A stretch of 17,653 bases of DNA, from contig JARKSN010000185.1 in assembly GCA_029974275.1 (NCBI GenBank), forward strand, positions 1 to 17,653. Reading direction: 5' to 3'. Below are positions 7,523 to 16,022 of this stretch, in pieces. The stretch comes from Candidatus Hydrogenedentota bacterium. GTDB taxonomy: Bacteria; Hydrogenedentota; Hydrogenedentia; Hydrogenedentales; SLHB01. The notes below the pieces were generated by a model that made no database searches, was not told the DNA's origin, and saw nothing but the letters and a program-made list of their open reading frames with translations. The position numbers and the translations under genes are program-made. Positions within the stretch are counted from its first letter, which is position 1. Each line of letters starts with the position of its first letter.

Positions 7523-8596
7523 ATGAACAAATGCATGTGGGGGAAAACGACTGTTTGGGCGGGGGCGGCGTGGGCCCTCGTGGCGCTGGCGGGCTGCGGT
7601 CTTGTCACGGAAAAAGACTTGATCAAGGTGGCTAAGATTGGCGATCGCTATATCACGCGAGGCGATCTTTCGCAGTATCTGCGCCTTTTGCCCGACGATC
7701 AGCGCCCCAAAATTTCCACGCGCGGCGATTTGGGGCATGCGCTGCGGATGATGGTGGATGCCCGGCTGAAAGAGGATTTAGCCATTCAACTGGAAAAAGA
7801 GGGCAAGATACATGTCTCGCTCGAAGCCGCCGCGGAACGGTTCTATCAGCGCTATCCCGAACTGCGCGTTCAAATCGGAAACCCGCAGGATTTCAACCTG
7901 ACCGAAGACCAGCTCAAAGCGATAGAGGCCGAGAAGCAGGCGGGGATTGATCGGATGCAGCGGCTGATGCTCGCCGATGCGGCAATATCCTATCTGGCGC
8001 GCGAAGGCCTTCAGGACGGCCAGTTCGTCCCCACAAAGGAGGAGTTCGAGCAGGCATACGAATTCCGCAAGGGCGAACTCCGCACTTTCGAGCGCGTCGC
8101 GTTCGTCGGTTTAGGCTTCCCCGCATCCTCTCCAGAAGCGCGCGGCGCCGCCGCCCAGGCCAAGCAACGGCTCGACCAGCAGGAGTCGATCGAAACGATT
8201 ATCGACGAGTACGCCCGAAAAGGATTGGCGTTCCCGATGAATTCGGAGATCGAGAACAATCCATCCGTCGAGCGATTCAAGGGCTTCTGGCAGCAAGCCA
8301 CCGGGGCCAAGCCGGGCGATGTGGTAGGGCCGGTGTACGTGACGGGCATGCAAGCCATCGCGACGGACGCTTCAGGGAAACAGGTTTCGCACACATTGCC
8401 GGAGTCGTATCTTGTCGCCATCATCGTAGAAAGCTATCCGGAGCGCGACAAGACCCTTGAAGAGGCGCAGCGAGACTTGCTGCCGGACATCGTGCTGCCG
8501 AAGGTGATGAAACGCTTGTACGAGGAGAAGCGCGTCGAGTTTTACGAGAACAAGCTTCCGGACCCCGCATTCTACGGCAAGCCGGGCGGCGGGTGA
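7523..8596 (+). CDS. Lipoprotein, SurA/PrsA-like foldase or chaperone (357 aa)
   Basis: Signal peptide with lipobox ALAG|C. VAKIGDRYITRGDL resembles SurA/PrsA N-termini; KPGDVVGPV and KTLEEAQRDL resemble the parvulin C-terminal region. GGAG upstream of ATG 7523. Confidence 0.7.
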   Translation: MNKCMWGKTTVWAGAAWALVALAGCGLVTEKDLIKVAKIGDRYITRGDLSQYLRLLPDDQRPKISTRGDLGHALRMMVDARLKEDLAIQLEKEGKIHVSLEAAAERFYQRYPELRVQIGNPQDFNLTEDQLKAIEAEKQAGIDRMQRLMLADAAISYLAREGLQDGQFVPTKEEFEQAYEFRKGELRTFERVAFVGLGFPASSPEARGAAAQAKQRLDQQESIETIIDEYARKGLAFPMNSEIENNPSVERFKGFWQQATGAKPGDVVGPVYVTGMQAIATDASGKQVSHTLPESYLVAIIVESYPERDKTLEEAQRDLLPDIVLPKVMKRLYEEKRVEFYENKLPDPAFYGKPGGG

Positions 8597-8601
8597 GAAA
8601 G

Positions 8602-8676
8602 TGGCGCCCCGAACGGGAATCGAACCCATGTCTAATCCTTAGGAGGGACTTGTTCTATCCACTGAACTATCGGGGC
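8602..8676 (-). tRNA. tRNA-Arg (anticodon CCT), CCA encoded
   Basis: Minus strand GCCCCGA TA GTTCAGTGGATAGAAC A AGTCC CTCCTAA GGATT AGAC ATGGG TTCGATT CCCGT TCGGGGC G CCA forms a complete cloverleaf of 75 nt. Confidence 0.97.
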
Positions 8677-8686
8677 GCACGCGTGG

Positions 8687-8716
8687 AGTGTACGTCAAAA
8701 ACGCCAAGCGGGGCAA
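8687..8716 (-). promoter_or_regulatory. Putative sigma-70 promoter of the tRNA
   Basis: Minus strand TTGCCC-N18-TACACT, followed by a GC-rich discriminator, ending 10 bp before the tRNA. Confidence 0.55.
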
Positions 8717-8724
8717 GGGGCTTC

Positions 8725-10626
8725 TTAGACATTCACCATCATATCGGCGACGAGTTTCGCGAATCGGCTTGGGTTGGGCGGAATGGCGCCTTCGGCGAGA
8801 AGAGCCTGCCCGTACAGAAGCTCGGCATAGTCGGCCAGCCGATCGGCGTCGGTCTCTTGTTCGTGCAGCGCCCGCAGCTTGGGCAACACGGGATGGCCGG
8901 GATTCAGTTCGAGGATGCGTTTTGTTCCCGGCACGGATTGGTTCGCGGCGCGCAAGATTTGTTCTAATTGTGGACTGAGGTCTCCTTCGCCGGTGACGAG
9001 GCACGCGGCGGATGTCGTCAGGCGCCCACTGAGCCGCACGTCCTTTACGTGATCTTTGAGGGCTTCTTTCAGCGCGTCGAGCAATGCGCCGTAGGATTGT
9101 TCGGTTTCTTTGCGCGTTTCTTCGGCGGCTTTGCGCTCGTCTTCGCTGCCGAGTTCAACGGCCCCCCGCCCAATGGATTTCAGGGATTTCCCCTTGTACT
9201 CGGAAGCCGACTGAACCCATATTTCGTCGACCGGATCGGAGAGCAGCAGCACTTCGTAGCCTTTGTCGCGGAATGCCTCGATATGCGGCGAGTTCTCAAG
9301 AGCGCTCTGCGATTCGCCGGTGATGTAATAGATGGCGTCTTGGTCGGATTTCATGCGGGAGACATAGTCTTCCAGCGAGGTTAGGGGCGCATCGGCGAAC
9401 GTCGAGGCGCACAGCAAGAGATCGAGCAGCGCCTCGCGGTGTTCGCGGTCTTGATATAGGCCTTCCTTGAGCACGCGCCCGAACTGTTCCCAGAACTTCT
9501 GATATTTGCCGGGATCATTGGCGCGCACCTGCGTGAGCGTGTCCAAAATTTTACTTGTGATGCCTTTGCGCATGCGTTGAATTTGGCGGTCTTGCTGCAG
9601 CATTTCGCGCGAGATGTTCAGCGAGAGGTCTTCCGAGTCCACCACGCCGCGCACGAAGCGCAGGTATTCGGGGAGCAGCGCCTTGCAGTCGTCCATGATG
9701 AATACGCGTTTGACGTACAGGTGGATGCCCCGATGCCCGTCGCGGAAAAAGAGGTCGAACGGCGCTTTCGAGGGGACAAACAGGAGCATCTGGTATTCGA
9801 GCGTTCCCTCGATCCGGGCGCGAATGATCTCGATCGGCTCGTTCCAATCGTGCGCGATATGCTTATAAAACTCCTTGTATTCGTCTTGCGACACCTCGTC
9901 CTTGGGGCGCAGCCAGATCGCCTTCATCGAATTCAGCGTGTCGAGTTCCGGCTCCTGTCCTTCCTTCTTCTCGGCGTGCATGCGAATGGGATATGCGACA
10001 AAATCCGAATAGGTTTTCACGATCCGCCGGATCGTATGCGGATCGGCGTAATCATGCAGTCCGTCCTCGAGGTCAGTTGATTTCAGATGCAGCGTGATAT
10101 CCGTTCCCACCTCGTCCTTGTCGACGGTTTCAACGGCGTATGTGCCTTCGCCGGAAGATTCCCAGCGCGTTGCGGCCGTTTCGCCGGCACGGCGCGTTAC
10201 CAGCGTCACGTTGTCCGCGACCATGAAGGCGGAGTAAAAGCCAACGCCGAACTGGCCGATTAGTTCCGGGGGCAGCACGGCGTCTTTTGTCTGGCGCAGG
10301 CGTTTTAAATACTCCTGAGTTCCGGATTTCGCGATAGTGCCGATGAGGTTGATCACTTCTTCTCGGGACATGCCGATGCCGTTGTCGCGAACGGTCAACG
10401 TGCGCGCGTCCTGGTTGACGTCAATGAAGATATGCAGTTCGGTTCCCGCGTCGAGCCATTCGGGCTTCGAAACTGCTTCAAAGCGGCGGCGGTCCAACGC
10501 ATCCGACGCATTCGAAATAAGTTCGCGCAGAAATATGTCCTTGTTGGAGTAGATCGAGTGGACCATAAGGTCCAGCACCTGTTGAGCCTCCGCTTGAAAA
10601 ACGCGAATTTCCTTATCTTGCGACAT
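8725..10626 (-). CDS. htpG: Molecular chaperone HtpG (Hsp90)
   Basis: YSNKDIFLRELISNASDALD, DNGIGMSREE, GTIAKSGT, IGQFGVGFYSAF, LRFVRGVVDSEDLSLNISRE, ILELNPGHP; 633 aa. Confidence 0.98.
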   Translation of the reverse strand: MSQDKEIRVFQAEAQQVLDLMVHSIYSNKDIFLRELISNASDALDRRRFEAVSKPEWLDAGTELHIFIDVNQDARTLTVRDNGIGMSREEVINLIGTIAKSGTQEYLKRLRQTKDAVLPPELIGQFGVGFYSAFMVADNVTLVTRRAGETAATRWESSGEGTYAVETVDKDEVGTDITLHLKSTDLEDGLHDYADPHTIRRIVKTYSDFVAYPIRMHAEKKEGQEPELDTLNSMKAIWLRPKDEVSQDEYKEFYKHIAHDWNEPIEIIRARIEGTLEYQMLLFVPSKAPFDLFFRDGHRGIHLYVKRVFIMDDCKALLPEYLRFVRGVVDSEDLSLNISREMLQQDRQIQRMRKGITSKILDTLTQVRANDPGKYQKFWEQFGRVLKEGLYQDREHREALLDLLLCASTFADAPLTSLEDYVSRMKSDQDAIYYITGESQSALENSPHIEAFRDKGYEVLLLSDPVDEIWVQSASEYKGKSLKSIGRGAVELGSEDERKAAEETRKETEQSYGALLDALKEALKDHVKDVRLSGRLTTSAACLVTGEGDLSPQLEQILRAANQSVPGTKRILELNPGHPVLPKLRALHEQETDADRLADYAELLYGQALLAEGAIPPNPSRFAKLVADMMVNV

Positions 10627-10753
10627 GTTTGCGTCCTCGGGTTGTCGTACATTTCATGCGGCAGGCGGCTGGCGCGCAACGCGTGCCGAAACCGCGCTCC
10701 AAAGGGCGCTCATGATAGATCAAAGCGCGGTCGTCTGTCCAAAAAAGATTCGT

Positions 10754-10783
10754 TTGAAAGCGCCTGGCTTCGGGTCCTATACT
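10754..10783 (+). promoter_or_regulatory. Putative sigma-70 promoter of the thyA-like/GS/ADH unit
   Basis: TTGAAA (10754-10759)-N18-TATACT (10778-10783). Confidence 0.65.
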
Positions 10784-10836
10784 CGCGCGACACAGGACGG
10801 TCTGTATCGTGCGGTTGCAATCAGGGGAGGCGTTGT

Positions 10837-11829
10837 ATGAGCGGAGTCGCAGCGGAGGCGGGGCGCATTCCGACGCTCCATGTCGTGGGAGATTCGATTC
10901 CCCAGGCGTATTTCCGGGCCATCAAGGCGGTGTGGGAAAATGGTTTGCCCATCCGTACGGAGTACGATCGCAAGGATGCATCGGGCCAGTGCATCGATCC
11001 GCCGAGCCGGGATGCGCGTGTTCTGATCGAAGTGAAGGATCCCTTTGCGCAGCCGCGTTTTCCGCCCATTTCCTTCTGCGAGATCGGCACGTACATTGCC
11101 GAAATCATGGGCGTCAAGGATTACCGCGTCGTGCCCTTCGATAAACTCAAAGAAGCGGTGCATGGCGAGCTTTCGGCGCAGGAGTGGCCGTATACCTATC
11201 ACCAACGTCTTTTCGCGCATCCCGATGCGGACGGATCGGTTGTCGATCAGATCGCTGTCGCTATTGATCGTATCGTGCGCACGCCGCATACGCGCCGCGC
11301 CGTCGCGACAACGTCCGTGCCGAATATTGATCCGTTCCTCACCGAGGATATCCCCTGTTTGCGGGAAGTTCAGCTCCGTTGTCCCGAGGACGCCGACGGA
11401 AATCTTGTGTTGAACATGAACACCCTGTGGCGATCACGCGATCTCTATAAGGCGTGGGGCGATAATCTGATCGCGATCACGTTCTTGCAAGGCGTGCTGG
11501 CCAAGCGGATCGCCGAGCAGTCTGGCCGCACGACGCGCGTGGGCAGTTACGCCGATTACAGTTGTTCGCTGCATATTTATGGCCAGGATTTTGGCGCGGT
11601 CGGCGGCGACACGGAACGCGGCTTGCAGAGTTTCTTCGACACGTTTGACGAGGAAACCTTCATCGCCCGATCGCTGTCCAGCGAAATCGCCCTCGACATG
11701 CTGGTGCTGCCGCAACTGCGCGATCTGTTGTCTGATCGCCAGATCGAGCAATGGAAGTTTCCGGATGCGTCGGTAAAGCTGATCGCGTCTTTGATCAACG
11801 ATCTGGAGAGCGGCGTCTACTCGGCGTGA
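10837..11829 (+). CDS. Thymidylate synthase-family protein, archaeal-like (330 aa)
   Basis: YTYHQRL, TRRAV, catalytic IPCL, RSRDLYKAWGDN (RSxD...N) and SLHIY motifs. GGGGAGG RBS before ATG 10837. Confidence 0.85.
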   Translation: MSGVAAEAGRIPTLHVVGDSIPQAYFRAIKAVWENGLPIRTEYDRKDASGQCIDPPSRDARVLIEVKDPFAQPRFPPISFCEIGTYIAEIMGVKDYRVVPFDKLKEAVHGELSAQEWPYTYHQRLFAHPDADGSVVDQIAVAIDRIVRTPHTRRAVATTSVPNIDPFLTEDIPCLREVQLRCPEDADGNLVLNMNTLWRSRDLYKAWGDNLIAITFLQGVLAKRIAEQSGRTTRVGSYADYSCSLHIYGQDFGAVGGDTERGLQSFFDTFDEETFIARSLSSEIALDMLVLPQLRDLLSDRQIEQWKFPDASVKLIASLINDLESGVYSA

Positions 11830-11878
11830 AAGCGCGTGCCCGCGGGAGAAGATGCCGGTAAACGCAGGGGGCCTGGGG

Positions 11879-13249
11879 ATGAATGAGCGTCAGTCCGCAA
11901 CGGCGATCCTTTCTGAGTTGGCCCAATCCGCCGCGGATCGGGTGAAGGTGGCCGTCTGTGACATCGATGGGGTGTTGCGCGGAAAATCGTTGGACAAAGA
12001 TTATTTTCTGACTTCGGCCGTGCGTGGTTTTGGTTTTTGTGACGTTGTTTTTGGATGGGACAGCAGCGATGCGTGTTATGATAACGTAGCCTACACCGGC
12101 TGGCATACGGGCTACCCGGATGCCAGCGCCCGCGTCGATCTCGCCACGCATCGCCGCATTCCGTGGGAAGACAACCAGGATTTTTTCCTATGCGACTTCG
12201 AGGATGCGAAAGGCAGGCCGCTGGGCGTGTGCCCGCGCCAGCTTCTCAAGGGCGTGGAAAGCCGCCTGCGTGATGCGGGTTTTGCATCAAAGGTCGGTTT
12301 CGAGTTCGAGTGGTTCAACTTTAGGGAAACCCCTCAGGGTCTTGCCGAAAAACGCTATCAGGGGCTGACTCCGCTGACCCCGGGGATGTTCGGCTATTCG
12401 ATCCTGCGCGCGGGACAAAACAGCGATTATTTCTCGGCGCTGACGAGCGATCTCAAAGGCTTTGACGTGCCGCTGGAAGGCATTCATACCGAAACAGGGC
12501 CCGGCACGTACGAGGCTGCGATTCGTTGCGCCGACGGACTCGAAGCTGCCGATCGCGCCGTATTGTTCAAGACGGCGGTGAAACAGATTGCGCATCGTTT
12601 CGGCATTGTTGCGAGCTTTATGGCGCGATGGAACAAGGCTTTGCCAGGATGCGGCGGCCATATCCACGAGAGCCTGATCGATCTCAAGACCGGCGAGAGC
12701 GCATTTCATGATCCCGCCGCGCCCGGTTCCATGACGCCGGCGTTCGAGAGTTTTCTCGCGGGGCAGATGCACTGCCTGCCAGAATTGCTTCCGCTTTTCG
12801 CGCCAACGGTCAATAGCTACAAGCGACTTGTCAAAGGCTATTGGGCTCCGACCTCGGTCACGTGGGGGCACGATAACCGGACGGTCTGCTTTCGCGTGAT
12901 TTTCGGAAGCGCCGCAAGCGCGCGTCTTGAATGCCGTGTGGGCGGAGCAGATCTGAACCCATATCTCGCGCTTGCCGCTTCATTGGCGAGTGGCCTGTAT
13001 GGCATTGAGAACAAAATGAAGCTCACGGCGCCGCAGGTTTCCGGAAATGGCTACGAGCACGATGCGGCCGTGGCGTTGCCGCGCGATCTCGGTCAAGCCG
13101 CCGAGGCGCTGGCGAATTCGAAGATCGCGCGCACCTTGTTGGGCGATGCGTTTGTCGAGCACTTCGTCAACACGCGACTCTGGGAGTGGCGGCAATATCA
13201 AACCGCCGTCACGGATTGGGAACTCGAACGCTATTTCGAGATTATTTGA
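11879..13249 (+). CDS. Glutamine synthetase-like gamma-glutamyl-amine ligase (456 aa)
   Basis: DIDGVLRGK, GFEFEW, HTETGPGTYE, GCGGHIHES, NSYKRL, WGHDNRT, RLECRVGGADLNPY. The flap reads GYWAP rather than GYEAP. Alternative start at 11852. Confidence 0.9.
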   Translation: MNERQSATAILSELAQSAADRVKVAVCDIDGVLRGKSLDKDYFLTSAVRGFGFCDVVFGWDSSDACYDNVAYTGWHTGYPDASARVDLATHRRIPWEDNQDFFLCDFEDAKGRPLGVCPRQLLKGVESRLRDAGFASKVGFEFEWFNFRETPQGLAEKRYQGLTPLTPGMFGYSILRAGQNSDYFSALTSDLKGFDVPLEGIHTETGPGTYEAAIRCADGLEAADRAVLFKTAVKQIAHRFGIVASFMARWNKALPGCGGHIHESLIDLKTGESAFHDPAAPGSMTPAFESFLAGQMHCLPELLPLFAPTVNSYKRLVKGYWAPTSVTWGHDNRTVCFRVIFGSAASARLECRVGGADLNPYLALAASLASGLYGIENKMKLTAPQVSGNGYEHDAAVALPRDLGQAAEALANSKIARTLLGDAFVEHFVNTRLWEWRQYQTAVTDWELERYFEII

Positions 13250-13291
13250 CGTTCTGCAGAAACCGCGGAATAGAACAGGAGTGGACGTGTC

Positions 13292-14431
13292 ATGAAACCG
13301 GTCAATTTCAGTTTTCCAACGCAAATACAATTCGGTCCGGGAGTGCGCGCGCGTCTTGGCGATGTTTTGAAGACGCGCGGCAAGGCGCGACCGTTGGTTC
13401 TCACTGACCAAGGCGTCGCGGGACTTCCTTTTTTCAAGAGCATTGTGGCTGACCTCGACAAGGCCGGACTGGCCACGTTGGTCTTCTCCGGCGTGGTGGG
13501 CAATCCCGTGAAGTCGCAGGTGACGGCGGGCGTCGCAGCGTTCAAGACGCACAACGCCGACTCGCTGGTGGTCATTGGGGGAGGGGCGGCGCTCGATGTC
13601 GGCAAGGCCGTCGCGCTGATGGCGCATCACCCCGGCGATCTCTTCGACTACGAAGACGACAAACCCGACGGGCTTCCCGTCGACAGGGAAATACCGTTTA
13701 TCGTCGCGATGCCGACGACCTCGGGCACCGGCAGCGAAGTGGGCCGCAGCGCCGTGATTTCAGACGACGCAACGCACGTGAAGAAAATTGTCTTTTCGCC
13801 GCGCCTTCTTGCGCCCGTTGTGTTGGCCGATCCGGAGCTTACTCTCGGTCTCCCTGCGGGCATGACCGCCGCGACGGGGATGGACGCGTTGTCGCACTGT
13901 GTCGAAGCGTTTCTCTCCAAAGGCTTTCACCCCATGTGCGACGGCATTGCGTTGGAAGGCGTGCGTCTCGTGTCGCAGAGCCTCGTCGCTTGCGTCAAGG
14001 AGCCGAACGACATCGAAGCGCGCACGAACATGATGATGGCGTCGATGATGGGCGCGGTCGCGTTTCAGAAGGGCTTGGGCGTAACGCATTCGCTCGCGCA
14101 TTCGTTGTCCGCCGTATGCGACCTGCATCACGGGTTGGCGAACGCCATCATGCTGCCCGCGGCCATGCGCTTCAACAAGAGCGCCGTCGCCGACCGCATG
14201 GCGCGCCTCGCCGCAACGGTCGGCGCGGGAACGACGGCGGATGCGTTCGTCGATTGGCTTGTGGCGCTCAATGCCGAAATCGGCACGCCCAAAACCCTCG
14301 GCGCGGTCGGCGTCCAGCGCGGGCATCTGAAGGCTCTTGTCGACATCGCCGTGGAGGACGTCTGCCACGGGTGCAACGAGAAGCCCGTCACCCGCGAGGA
14401 TTTCGAAAGCCTGTTTGCCGAAGCCCTGTAG
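13292..14431 (+). CDS. Iron-containing alcohol dehydrogenase
   Basis: FPTQIQFGPG, IGGGAALDVGK, PTTSGTGSEV, GMDALSHCVE, HSLAH, HHGLANA. AGGAG RBS. Confidence 0.95.
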   Translation: MKPVNFSFPTQIQFGPGVRARLGDVLKTRGKARPLVLTDQGVAGLPFFKSIVADLDKAGLATLVFSGVVGNPVKSQVTAGVAAFKTHNADSLVVIGGGAALDVGKAVALMAHHPGDLFDYEDDKPDGLPVDREIPFIVAMPTTSGTGSEVGRSAVISDDATHVKKIVFSPRLLAPVVLADPELTLGLPAGMTAATGMDALSHCVEAFLSKGFHPMCDGIALEGVRLVSQSLVACVKEPNDIEARTNMMMASMMGAVAFQKGLGVTHSLAHSLSAVCDLHHGLANAIMLPAAMRFNKSAVADRMARLAATVGAGTTADAFVDWLVALNAEIGTPKTLGAVGVQRGHLKALVDIAVEDVCHGCNEKPVTREDFESLFAEAL

Positions 14432-14463
14432 GATTTCGCTACGGTTGCGGAATGTCTTTGTGG

Positions 14464-14493
14464 ACAGCGCCCGGTCTCTGGGCCGGGCGCTGT
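14464..14493. terminator. GC-rich hairpin between convergent ADH and ALDH genes
   Basis: Perfect 11-bp stem ACAGCGCCCGG-N8-CCGGGCGCTGT; U tails are weak. Confidence 0.6.
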
Positions 14494-14495
14494 TG

Positions 14496-15893
14496 CTATC
14501 TCGGAATCTCGACGCGCAGGTGCATGCTCTTCAGGCGGCTGAGGTGCAGCAGCCCGTAGCGGGAGAGCGTTGCGCCGCGGCCCGTGTCTTTCACGCCGCA
14601 CCATGGCAGTGCAGGGTCCAGGAAGTCGCAGCGGTTCATGTAGAACGTGCCGGTTTCGATACGCGCGCCGATGCGAATCGCGCGCTCGATGTCCATCGTC
14701 CAAATCGACGCCGTCAGGCCGTAGGGGCTGTCGTTCATGTAACGTATGGCTTCCTCGTCGCCCGACACCGGCGTAATGCCGATGACCGGCCCAAAACTCT
14801 CCTCTTGCATCAGGGAACAACTCTGTGGCGCGTCAACCACGACAGCCGGAGCAGCAAACCAACCTTGCTTGGGAACATCGAAACTTTTCGGGTCCAACGC
14901 CAGTTTTCCGCCGGCGCGCACGGCATCCTCCACTTGTTTGGCCAGAAAAGCCGTGGCCGACTTCGAGGCCAGCGGGCCGATGGAGGTCGTGGAGGCCATC
15001 GGGTCGCCCAACACATAGGCGCGCGTGCGCTCGGCATACGCATCGATGAAGCGGTCGTAGATGGCGCGATCGACATAGATGCGCTCGACCGCGCAGCACG
15101 ACTGTCCCGCGTTGTAGAACGCACCGTCGATGCAATTGTCCACGGCGAAATCGAAGTCCGCATCCGCGCATACATACGCCGGGTCCTTGCCGCCAAGTTC
15201 CAGGCCGACATCGATGAAGCGTCCTGCGGCGCTGCGATTGACCTGGCGGCCGCCCTCGACCGAACCCGTGAAGGATACATGGTCGACCAGGGGGTGCTGG
15301 ATGAGGCGTTCGGTCACGTCATGGCCCGCCGCGACGGCCTGCACGAGATTGTCTGGCGCGCCTGCCTTCGCGAAGGCGTCGGCAAACGCCTGCGCACACA
15401 ACGGCGTTTTGCTCGAGTGCTTGACGATGACCGAGTTGCCCGCAAGCACTGCCGGCACGACGACGTTGACCGCGATGAGCAGCGGGTAATTCCACGCGGC
15501 GATATCGAGCACGACGCCCAGCGGCTCGTGGCGGATGTAGCGCTTAAAGCCGGGCTTGTCCGGCAACCACTCGTCGGCGAGGGTTTCTTCGGCGATGACG
15601 GCCATGTGCTCGGCGCGACCGATCATGCCGTTGACTTCGTTCATGGACTGCGACAACGGCTTGCCCATTTGCGCGGTGATATCTTTCGCGACTTGATCGC
15701 GCATACCTTCGAATGCCTTGACGAACTTGCCAATCAACGCCACGCGATCCGCCATGGCTGTTTCTCGCCAGCCCAGAAAGGCCTCGCGCGCGCGTTGGAC
15801 CACGCGGTCCACTTCGCTGTCCTGGAGCATCGGAACCGTGACGGCTACCTGCTCTGTGTAGGGGTTGATAACGCTAAGTTCATGTTTGCTCAT
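14496..15893 (-). CDS. NAD(P)-dependent aldehyde dehydrogenase
   Basis: EPLGVV, AWNYP, FTGS, LELGGKDP, NAGQSCCAVER (catalytic Cys), EESFGPV, YGLTASIWT. GAGGA RBS. Confidence 0.96.
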   Translation of the reverse strand: MSKHELSVINPYTEQVAVTVPMLQDSEVDRVVQRAREAFLGWRETAMADRVALIGKFVKAFEGMRDQVAKDITAQMGKPLSQSMNEVNGMIGRAEHMAVIAEETLADEWLPDKPGFKRYIRHEPLGVVLDIAAWNYPLLIAVNVVVPAVLAGNSVIVKHSSKTPLCAQAFADAFAKAGAPDNLVQAVAAGHDVTERLIQHPLVDHVSFTGSVEGGRQVNRSAAGRFIDVGLELGGKDPAYVCADADFDFAVDNCIDGAFYNAGQSCCAVERIYVDRAIYDRFIDAYAERTRAYVLGDPMASTTSIGPLASKSATAFLAKQVEDAVRAGGKLALDPKSFDVPKQGWFAAPAVVVDAPQSCSLMQEESFGPVIGITPVSGDEEAIRYMNDSPYGLTASIWTMDIERAIRIGARIETGTFYMNRCDFLDPALPWCGVKDTGRGATLSRYGLLHLSRLKSMHLRVEIPR

Positions 15894-15960
15894 GGATCAT
15901 CCTCGTTGTGGCGCCCTAGCATGTTGTCCGTTTGCGGCGTGAGTATAGAAAACGCGGCGC

Positions 15961-15989
15961 AAAGAATCCAGAGGGCGAACGCCTCTGGA
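15961..15989 (-). terminator. Probable intrinsic terminator after the pcm-like gene
   Basis: 8-bp stem TCCAGAGG-N7-CCTCTGGA followed by TTCTTT on the minus strand. Confidence 0.55.
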
Positions 15990-16022
15990 GAATGCACGAG
16001 AAAGCGTCCGGGAGATGCTTTC

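Noticed and set aside
8602..8676. tRNA-Arg as the integration site of a genomic island
   Set aside because: There is no integrase and no convincing duplicate of the tRNA 3' end. The 9-bp GTGGCGCCC match near 15908 is short enough to be chance and lies on the wrong side.
10670..10690. Possible sigma-54 promoter for htpG (minus strand CGGCACGCGTTGCGC)
   Set aside because: GG-N10-GC spacing holds, but the -12 context lacks TT and such matches are frequent in GC-rich DNA.
10432..10836. 135-aa N-terminal extension of the thyA-like ORF in the track
   Set aside because: It overlaps htpG on the opposite strand and spans the promoter. A strong RBS supports ATG 10837.
10837..14431. Phage-like DNA base hypermodification cluster (TS homologue plus ligase)
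   Set aside because: There are no nucleotide kinase, DNA transferase, glycosyltransferase or phage genes. The neighbours are better explained as amine catabolism.
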